A stretch of DNA of 61,970 nt, filler included, from Choristocarpus tenellus KU-1152 (taxonomy: Eukaryota > Protista > Phaeophyceae): the NCBI GenBank assembly GCA_964200185.2. It is 9 parts of 9 records of this genome, joined end to end, with 100 filler letters (N's around TTAATTAATTAA, not from the genome) between each part and the next. Parts side by side here need not be neighbours in the genome. Positions count along the whole stretch, not along the records: positions 45,409 to 52,688 come from CAXNAD020006415.1; positions 52,789 to 61,970 come from CAXNAD020003908.1; 7 more parts are not named here. One strand, 5' to 3'. Every line of letters begins with the position of its first letter. Within the stretch, counting starts at the first letter, position 1. Shown piece after piece: positions 51,990 through 61,970 of the stretch. The notes below the pieces were generated by a model. It had not been told where the DNA came from. It ran no database searches and worked only from the letters and a program-made list of their open reading frames with translations. Position numbers and translations under genes: made by a program.

Positions 51990-52788
51990 GCAGAATTAGT
52001 ACGTAAATATCAGCAGAGAGTACCATTCCATACCTGTCTCACAGTGTCCCTGTCTATGAACAGTTTGAGTGGGTGGACTTTTTGAAATATGCCACTTACG
52101 TCTCCTCTCGGAACCCTGACTTGTAACTTTATAGTAGCTGATTTGAGGAGACTGGGACACAGTGTCTGATAGAGGTAAATGCATGTGTTGTGTCTGTAGA
52201 GGATGAAATTAAACGGAGTCTTTACTTGTTGCAATACCTCAATATATAGCATTTTGTACTTCAACGCCACCACAGCTTGTGGTTCATTGTAGTAGTTGTA
52301 GGCAATTTACGTATTTACAATGTGTGTGTTCTTTCATGTTGTAAATCCTCTTGTTATTGTCCACGCTGTGCTGTGTGTGTTTTTTTGTGCTTTTGACATG
52401 GTGGCTCATGAAGACATGTAGCAGTTTTGTTATTGATGGTAGCTACTTGGACTCCCCTTGAACTTATTGATTAGAATAATTATAGGTTAGGGCGTGCCAT
52501 CAATAAATATGTAGATAATAATTATTAACCATTAATTCTTTCGAATTGCGTACTTGATAGTATATAAAACAAACTCTTTCTGTACATAATTTCAGCTCTT
52601 CACAGGTCGTAAGATAATTTATCTGTCTGCAATGCTTGATGGTTCATTTTCAGCATCTGGGTCAAAGTATCTTGGGGGGGGGTATCGGNNNNNNNNNNNN
52701 NNNNNNNNNNNNNNNNNNNNNNNNNNNNNNNNTTAATTAATTAANNNNNNNNNNNNNNNNNNNNNNNNNNNNNNNNNNNNNNNNNNNN

Positions 52789-53440
52789 AAGCTCGCTCGG
52801 ACTTTGGTGTGTATAGCACAGTGCCCTGGTGGTGGGTGCAACGAGAGCAACAGTAAGTGCATGGTAGGCCTCTTCGGCCATCCAGATATCATTCGCACTG
52901 AAGCCGTCCGAGAGAAGTTCCTCGTAGGAGCGTTCTTGATTGACTGGTCTTTCGCTTGTCAACGCATCCAAACAGTGAGTATATCTGCAATGCACGATGA
53001 AACACCTCCGCCAGTCCCGGTAGTCCGAGTCGTCCAATAATTTAGGTGGTTGGGTTCTTGCTCTTTGTCGTAGGGCGAACAATATGTGCGCCTGAACCCA
53101 AGCTCTCCGAAGAACCGGACCTTCGGCTCGCCCCACTTCTGATGCTCGCAGCATCCAAACTGTTTCCCCTCTCAGGGAAATTTTCCCTCAGCATGGGTTC
53201 CATATGACCCACTTCGACTGGTATGCACCCAGCCGGAGGCCGTGTGCTGGGCACAGTGGCCTGGACGATGGGATGATTTCCGTCGCCGACTCTTTCAGAA
53301 TGAACCATGAGATTGCCGACGTTTCTTGACAACTCCGCTACCGTCGCCACAAGCTGTCTGAATTCTTGGACAGATGGACCCTCGGAAGGAACCAGGTTCC
53401 CACAATTCTTGAATCGCATCTCCTCGTGTAGACATGATGA
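52789..53440 (-). pseudogene. Ty1/Copia gag N-terminal fragment (frameshifted)
   Basis: PPKLLDDSDYRDWRRCF...CLDAL...AYHALTVAL...QSPSEL fits Copia gag; lies just downstream of the putative LTR. Confidence 0.65.
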
Positions 53441-53459
53441 AATGATGGGTGAAAACCTA

Positions 53460-53745
53460 AGGTTTCAATATATTGTGTGTTAAACTCTCTCCCAAATCAT
53501 CAAAGAGGATAAAGGTGATTAACCCAGCGAGATTGCTTGGTGTCTGTAGAGTGATTGATTAAAGTTAAGTGGGGCATGCAATTCCCCATAAAAATCAGAA
53601 ATATTTCCTTTTATATGAGAAACATTCTCATACAACTAATCACTAGTAAAAGGTTCTGATCACTCAACCACTAATTGATTGTTCCGTTACTCCATACATA
53701 CTTTACCGTAACTGTCCGATAGAGTTGGGAGAGCCTAATCGAACA
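53460..53745 (-). mobile_element. Putative Copia 5' LTR; inner boundary uncertain
   Basis: The minus strand starts TGTTCGATTAGG; repeated at 18858 and 26997; precedes gag. Confidence 0.6.
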
Positions 53746-55396
53746 GCTTTCTCGCAAGAAAATGTGAGAAGAGTCGCGTACAACAAGGAGCATGGGACAT
53801 GCTTCTTGATCTCGGCAATGTTTATGTCGAGGATATCCTTGACGACCCAAATTTGTTTGACCTCACTAGTGCTGCAGCGTTTCCTTCTTCCTTGAATATT
53901 TCTCCAGGATTGCTCAAGTATGATGCTAGGGACGGAAATGACAGGGGCGAAGCTGCTTCAAACTGACTAAGCACTACACCTGGCGACAGCATAGCACTGG
54001 ATGGTATGATTGGCCTGAACGTTCAGGTCTCCCCCGGAATCTCTTTGGCTGCTGCCGAGGAATGGCGAGTCGATTGGGCATCTCCTAGTCTCGACCTCCA
54101 TTCCTTGAACTTTGGTCAGTTCCTGTCCTTCTCAATGACGAGAGGATATATTGTGATCACCCCGAAGGAAAGGTGAAAGTACGAGAGTGGACTCAGACCG
54201 CCACGATTATGCGTGTCTTGAGTTCTGCAGGAGGAGTGGCACTCGGGCAAACGTGTGGTGGAACAAAATGAAGCTCAGGATTGTCAGGGGCAGTCATATT
54301 GTTGTAACTGGCGTGAACCCAATACCGGCGGCTCTTTCATCTGAGATTTAGTGTCGGCCATACACCTAGCCTCCGTGCCTTGTTCGTTTGCCAGTCTTAC
54401 ACGCTTCTCCTTCTCCTCCTCGCATAATCGCTTTGTTATCATATCCATCAACCCCTACTACAACTTCTGGGTCTATATTAGTGTTTGCGCCCTAAATTCT
54501 GTGAGCAGGCCTGGACCGCTTGGTGCCTTGCGGTGATTCGTGGGCTTCCATGGGGGAGATCGGGTGAGGGTTAGAGAGGATGGCAGATGTACAGATGGGT
54601 TGCCTCATGACCCTTTTTGCGTATCTATCGTCCAGGCCTCAGGTGGTGCGGTTGACTCCAGAGATACAGAATCGAGTAAATAACGCAGTTGTGACTACAA
54701 TAGCACAGAGCACAACTATGACAAACAAGCCGTTGACATTGGCTGCCTTGATGGAACTGGCAAAGTTATTCAGGTTATTCAGGTTGGATGGTGTAGAGAT
54801 TTTCCTATACGCTTTGGTGATGGCGGATTACAAGCGCAAACATCCCTTTGACCGTACCTTTTTCAGATGAGTTCTTGGAGTAGGAGTAGATACTCTTTCA
54901 CCTTTAAATCGATTTATTCTATACAAAATCCTGGCTTATCCTGAAGGTGTCAAAAGTTACAGGTTGGAGGGAATTGCGTAATTCTTCTCCATAGTGCTGG
55001 AGCCTTGCCAGTTTCTGGTATGTTTTACCACAGGACAGGAATATCGAGGATGTTGATAACATGTGGACACTTGAGGTTACTGTGCTATTGGAGGATACTT
55101 CATGAGCATTACGAGGGATAACACAAGTCTCAGAAGGGGTGTGTCGAATAACCGGGTGTTATCCCTACATTGTGCTGATAGAAGTATTTAACATAGGTTT
55201 CATGTACGTTTATCTTTGGTTCGGTACAATACAAAGTAGTAACGTGCATAGCGGTATAATGAGTCAGCATTCATTCACTCGTCGGTGATGATGACTGGCT
55301 GGCGGATAATTAATAGTCAGTCTATGTTTTACCATGTGACTCAACCAGCGGCTTTGGGCGACAAAGTCTTTACATGTGCTAAGCTTCTTAACAGGG

Positions 55397-55437
<41 letters not shown>

Positions 55438-58213
55438 AAGATATCACCCCTCACAGCACTCACCACAGAAGAGCTCAAGACTAGGAAGAGGGGATACAAT
55501 CGACCATCTATTGAACATTGGATCTTCAGTCAATATTGATGCCAGTCAATATCCTGCATTGGGTTATTTCGTGTAAGGGGTTTCTACCTGTGCTGTGATG
55601 ATCATTTCTTCCTGAGATCTATGTGATGGCAGGAAGGATGCGGTAAGGAGGTACTGGAAGGGGTATTGTTACAGGTGCCCCTCAGAACTCACCTCCACAG
55701 GATTTGCAACTCAAATCCAATGACCTTAAAACGATGCTACGGGGGGGGTCCACAAATGATAACCACGTACGGTGTCAGCTTGATGTTTAGCTCAGTCAAT
55801 GCCTTGCTTTTCGCTTCATCAAAAGAGGTACATCAAAAGAACCGAAGGGTGTGGTGAGCCTTCAGCCTTCTATTAACTTTCATCCACCTTTTTTCTACAG
55901 CCAAAGAGTTAAATGAAGTCTGCAAACTGCTATGTAGATACTTCAATCATAAATCTTTATTCTGCAACTTTCAAGAATTGACATCAATTCTGTGAGATTA
56001 TGTATATTTCTAATCTTACTCTGCATCTTCTATCAATTCAAGTTCCTCTTGCATGAGTTCTTATGTATGTATACTGTTCGCGCATTTTGGCACGCAGAGA
56101 GAAATGCTCGCGCTATTTGCCTGTAACATGCCCCTCAGAGTGAACTAGCAATACATATTTCACGCTTACCACAGGCGATTGTCACCGGTGAAGGTAATAG
56201 ATATCTTCAATCGCCTCAGATCATCCTGTGGCAAGGAGAAAGAAAGGAGAAAAAAATACCTGACACCTACTAGGCCCAAAACTTATATCCTTATCAACTT
56301 GGAAAAATATGTCTATATCTAGCCTAATCGAAGTATACATTTACTCTTTCTAAAGTACAGCTACCCTAAGATGCCAAATATCATCTGATGATTGCCTGTC
56401 TCATGCCCCCCAAGCACTAAGCATACTGACAGCTGCTAGTGCGTAGAGCAGGCAATAACATCAACATCAGCGATAACGAAAAATAAATGAATAAAGGACT
56501 GAAGAAAGATAGAACAAAACAAGGAACTAAAGGGATCAGGTACCTATTCGGATAAAGAGGAGGGGACAAAAAAGTAAAGCAAGGGATAGTGAATACAAAA
56601 TTGGAAAACATACAAAAAAAAGAAAATTCAAAAATGAAACGAAAGAATAATATAAAATAAAAGGGGTGAACAAAATCCATGGAATAAAGGGGGTCAGGTA
56701 CCTGATGTACACAGAAAAAATATATATATATATGCAAAAACACAAAATGACAAAAAAAGATAAAACATAAGAACATCTTACATAAATTGCTATCTGTTCT
56801 GATAATGGTTTCTTCATGGTTCCAACTTCGGCTACCCTATGTTCCATGCAGGGACTACCTGTTTCATGCTTACCACAGGCAATAATCACTATCTGGATAA
56901 TAAATATCCATCACCTTAGATCATTCTGCAGTGGCATGAATAACTGCCATTTGGTAACATAGGGGCATTAGTTCTGATTCTGCCAGTTGTTTCCAACATA
57001 GGGACTCCAGTTCCGACTCTGCCAGTTGTTTCCAACATAATAGGGACTCCAGTTCCAAATTAACCCATGGATTCCAACAATGATCAACAATCCCCTCGCT
57101 TTCTTTGAGAACGGATCCTCAAAGGTCGTAAGGCATAGTCAAGATCAATATATGTCTGACCAGATAAGAGTATACACTTTTATTAAAAAATATATGTAAC
57201 TCCGATTAGCCCCAAAACAGGTCAACAAATAACCTGGGAAAATTTTCCCAAGGGTCACAGAATACCATTAGAATCAGATTGCCCCTGGCCTAGTCTGAGT
57301 ATACATTTGTTCTTCCTGAAACACACCTTCCAAAATTACAAAGTATATATCTCTGACAAGGCCTAAAAAGAATCGGTCCCCAATTCCAATAACTCTAATC
57401 ACAAATGTGATATATCTATCCACGTTCCCTTCAAGGTGTCCATAAGGTCACACAATGCAATGTCTGTTAAATTGTGTCAGCTCTAATCGGAGTATGCACT
57501 TGTTTCTTTTGAACTGGACCTTCAAAAGTTACTAAATACATAGCTCTGATTGGGCATACAATTCATGCGTCGTCCGTTCCAATCTTCCCGGTTACATAAA
57601 TGCAAGTGCTATCAAGGATTAGACTTAAATTATTCAAGACCTACACAGCATCTGATTATTGCCTGTCCTATGCCCCCCAAGCACAAAACATACTCAAGGC
57701 TGCTAGTGCGCAAAACAGGCAATGACAAGAATTAAGATAAATAAAGAAAGAAGGGCCAATGAAAGCAACAAATACTACTAATATTGAATGAAGAGAAACA
57801 AAATAAAAAAAGGGAAATAAATAGAAAAACAAATGTGTGGATGATGAGGGTAACAAAGTGTAAGCTAAAGAGTAAATAAAATAAAATAAAATAAAATAAC
57901 AAAAAGTAAAAAGTAAAAAGTAAAAACAGAACAGAAAAAGTCAGAAAATTAAGGAGAGTGACATCTATGAAAAGAAAACGAAAATAAAATCAGGGGATGG
58001 TGGGATGAGAACTACAAATATATAAACATTCGAAAAACAGAAGTGAGACATAGAAGATATATAAAATATATCAAGATCACAGAGAGTTGATACAACATAG
58101 AACAGAGGAAAATAAAATCAAAAAAAATAAAAAGTAGTGAGTTCAGTGTTTATACTTCTACGGACTTCAGTCTATACAACCGATGTATATTGCGTGTGCT
58201 CCAATCTGGGCAA
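53746..58213 (+). repeat. Unclassified repeat, copy 2 (homology to copy 1 from 53988), with a decayed plus-strand ORF
   Basis: Colinear with 19145-23641; lacks the MITE; longer (GA)n at ~55400-55436. Confidence 0.93.
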
Positions 58214-61200
58214 CTACAAATGCACACTCGGGTGTTTAACTAGCATTATACAAGCAGATGAAAGAGTTTGTTTACCGTGAATGCACCATGAATGATTGAT
58301 GAAGCTATTTTCCCACGGATATCAGTTAAAGGATGCAAACAGCTTGGACTCGTTTTCGTAAGTACTGCCAAGTGCTCTTCTACAGATCTTTCTTTTTTCG
58401 ATACCCTCCATTGGGATTGTTGGGATATATATGCCATGTCGTTGGAGAAACATATTTTAGTCTTTTGCTACCCATTCAATACACTGCTCTGTATGTTGTG
58501 TGTTGCCAATACTTGTATATATGGACGAGTTCGACTTCGTTTTAGCGATCTTTTTTCACACGTTCACACGTAGGAGAAGAGAGATTTTGCCTGGTATATT
58601 GTATACGACTACCTTTAGGATATTTGTTGTTCCAAACATGCAGGAGTGTTTACAATTTGAGACGAATTCATTCGCTACTGTATCAACCGTTTTGATTACA
58701 AAATTGTTGTTTATGTTATGTCTTGAGAGAGCCTTCTTGGCTACAATGATACGGTCTGATGACCAAAATTCGAGGCCACGACGTTAGAAATTGTCTTCTT
58801 GTACATTATAGCTGTTGCCTATTTTTCAATTGATGTGTGGTGTATGACCTTCTGATTATTACATATGTATCTGTGTATTACACGTCACACAGAAACGTAC
58901 AGGACAAATGTCACGAGATTTCAATATGCCAAATATAGTTACCCTAGCAACATCGTCAGATAAGAGCAGCATCTGTGTGTAAACAACCAGGATCACAAGA
59001 GGAAACAAGGGAGTACCGGGTGCTCATACATCTGATTTAGTAACGCTAATCCCGTATCACCAACGTAAAATGTGGCGCAGGGTACGGTCAAACCAATCTG
59101 GGCGGTACGGCATATCTATTGCGCCAGGCCCTTGAAAGAAGAGGTCGAAAACGGATCGAACCTATACGGTCAGTGGTAAGGTGAACACGATGTCCTCATA
59201 GCAGATGCATGACATTTGATGAAGAATATAACATCTGGTGCATAAGTGATAAAAGAACAGAATTGGTAAACTGGGAATACTCGTTGGATTCACAATTGTC
59301 ATCACTATAATGAAATCTCTACTTCGAAGTATATACTTCATATTATTTTCTCGACAATATATAGCGTCTGTATACCTCAGCCAAAGTTGCATGGTCTTCT
59401 CTTCACTACTACCTTTCGACCACTGGTCTGAGAACCCAGAGAATAGCGTGAAGATAAATACCCACTACTGTACTCCACTGGATTAATGATTGTGTGTTTC
59501 TCTTTCTAGTAGTAGCAGGAATATCGAGAACACCAATACATAATTTCGGTGTTGGGTGGTGTGCATGCACCCGAGACTGCTTGAGCGGCCTTGCCTCCTG
59601 CTTCAGTGTGATGTACATCAGCTATCAGGGCTTATCTGCCGTGTCATCGATCCCTGAAGCAGCTGGTTCCATGTACGTGCACCAAACGCACATCACACAT
59701 ACGCGTGGATTTGTTGCCCGTGTAAATCACACACGCCTTCGCCATTATCCCAAGCTTCCAAGACGTCGTCTTACAAACACAAGCGGCGGTTCTCCTTGTT
59801 TGCCCTATTTCGTCTGCGGTACACCTGCAAGTTGCTCAAACATTTAACCATCTGGCAGTTGCTCATCTCCCACCCGCCACTCGCCCCTGAACAGGCTGGC
59901 CGGTAAGTATACTTTCCATTCCCAATCTCCCCAATAAGGAACGGCGTATGCACGCAAAAGGAGGGGTAATGGATTCCGCTACGTAAGTATTCAACAATAC
60001 ACTAGGTGTTGTATACTCTGTGTGTATACTATGTTTATTTGTTGGGATTAGAACCGACCTTGGTACAATTAGTGGAGATGGCGGAGTGTCCATGTAACAC
60101 CATCCGAATAACGAGGTAGCAGGATCTCCAGTAGTAGTAGCGGTAGTAGTGTAACTATTAGACTACTGTTGTCGAGGTTGTAGCCTTGAGCATGGGGACC
60201 ATTTCTGAGGCGTGACGATACACTCTGCCTGTGCTTCTTCTGTCATATAGTACTCGACGGACTGTACCGACTGGGAAGCCAGCCCTAAGACCTTTTGGAT
60301 GTAGATGTCGGCTGATCTCGGCGGTGATTCAGCGTCGTGGGTGATGGTGACTTAAATTGTGGTAGTATATATACGCACTCGACAGTTTTTGTCAGTTTTT
60401 GTCGGTAGTATTTGAAGGAGATGGAGGTTGGATTGGATTTGTGTCCAGTATTCCTAAAGTCGCAAGGATGGAAAAGAAACACGAGGTGGTTAGCCTCCCT
60501 GGAATTGAGTACACGCCACCTCTAAGGAGGTCACAAAAAAAGAACAAAAATTAGACACGAACACGTAGTGCAATCGATTTAGAAAGAAACACGAATTAGA
60601 AAGTGACATTATAGTGGAAATATTACACAACAGAGAGAGAGAGAGAGAGAGAGGCGAAGAAGGAAGAATCGCTTGTGATAGATTGTCATAATATACTTGA
60701 CTTGATGAGGAGTGTTACCTTTTGTTGTTTTCTGATCCATCTTCTTGTATAGGTATTGGTGTATGTGGTATAAGTAGAATGCCTTTTTGGTGGTTTTGTT
60801 GTGTATTATTCTGTGCATGATCTTTCGTCTTTTCTGTTCTTCATTTCCCCGTTCGTTGTGTTTTGCCTTTCTCCCAATTAATTCGTTTTTCCTTCTTCAT
60901 GACAAACTCTGCGACATGTCACCACGTTACAAAACGTTGTACGTACGCATAGGTATGGATGGATATGGATATACCACGCAATGTCTTGTAGTATTCTTAT
61001 GTTTAGGACATTTTATATACACATATATGTATATAGTTTCCATTGGTTTCCCCCTGATACATATACATAGTTTTCATTGGTTTCCCCCCTGACACATCTG
61101 CAAGATGTCAGAGGGCATAATAATAAAATATGGATATACCACAGTTTGAATCTGGGGCTGACTGTTGTTTGTGAAGGCGTCAACATGCGTCATATGATGG

Positions 61201-61878
61201 TTCTTCGTTAGATTCTACTGACTGTTGTACTGACCACTCGCTCAAAAGACGCTTGCTGACCGATGGACAATTTCTTGGTCGATCAATCAAGGACCCCACC
61301 CGATATCGAGATAGGCGATATTTTGTGAGGATGTACTTGATCGATATAGAAATATCTGCAATCCACGGTGGTCTCGAGCACTACCATGACATGATAAGAA
61401 TATACTACTTTTCGATATGTGTGATCTCGCCATACACACACCAGAGGTTTGCACACTACGTTACCTCCTACAACGCAAGGAAAGAACGAGGGACTTGCCT
61501 GCCGCCTTCAGTATACTTCAGTTTAGAGTTCGGAGAGAAAGGGGAAGGCAAGGTCTTGTATCGGGGAAGTGAACAAATATCCATGTTGCAATTCTACGAT
61601 AGTGATATATCGTAACAGACGATCCGATGGGCGGGACATTTGGAGGTTGCCAAATCGTGTATGGTGATGAAAATGAAGGTTGAATATGGTTAAGGGGGTA
61701 CGAAAATGGAAACCAATGGAAATCAAAATGGTTTAACCAACGAAGTGATGTACTGAGTCACATGGCTGTTCCTTTACTTTCATCGCTTCCCCCCTTCCCA
61801 TCAACCCTCATTCCATTCCTCAGTAGCCGTCTGCTCCCTTCTATCTACCCTTGCCTCGTAACACGAACAGAAATCGAG

Positions 61879-61970
61879 ATGAAGACCTCCAACCAGATGT
61901 TCCTTGGCGCCACCGCTGCAGCTGTGTCTGCTACCTCTGCCTTCGTGCAGCCCCTCGTTGGATCCCTGGC
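61879..61970 (+). CDS. N-terminus of a probable plastid-targeted protein (bipartite signal), truncated by window end
   Basis: MKTSNQMFLGATAAAVSATSA|FVQPLVGSL matches the heterokont ASAFAP cleavage motif; pyrimidine-rich leader upstream. Confidence 0.75.
   Translation, partial: MKTSNQMFLGATAAAVSATSAFVQPLVGSL

Noticed and set aside
11393-52788. Eight identical TTAATTAATTAA motifs in N runs as a biological repeat
   Set aside because: They are artificial six-frame-stop linkers. Gene neighbourhoods across them are not real, and ORFs running into X residues are artefacts.
56417-56889. Phe-rich membrane-like ORFs
   Set aside because: Reverse translation of A-rich low-complexity tracts.

Overview
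Eukaryotic DNA, probably an ochrophyte such as a brown alga or relative. The evidence is a signal peptide ending in SAF (ASAFAP-type plastid targeting) at 61879, long GT-AG introns and TTAGGG repeats. The window is not contiguous: nine short contigs are joined by artificial 100-nt linkers (44N-TTAATTAATTAA-44N), so adjacency across linkers has no biological meaning. Host gene fragments include the last exons of a homoserine dehydrogenase domain, the first exons of an ABCC/MRP transporter, four exons of a CRAL-TRIO/Sec14 protein and the start of a plastid-targeted protein. Most of the rest is decayed mobile DNA. This includes a ~258-bp GAG...CTC TIR MITE family with sequence-variable 3(-4)-bp TSDs, a sister family with G-run ends, Gypsy and Copia remnants, a solo LTR, CRE/RLE-type LINE remnants, a foldback hairpin and an unclassified ~4.2-kb repeat in two copies. 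The standout is an apparently intact, intron-containing Crypton/DUF3504-type tyrosine recombinase gene (48384-51989). It has an altered active site (HxxR to TxxR, a long H-to-Y spacer) and a C-terminal zinc ribbon. All family calls are motif recognition by eye; no searches were run.
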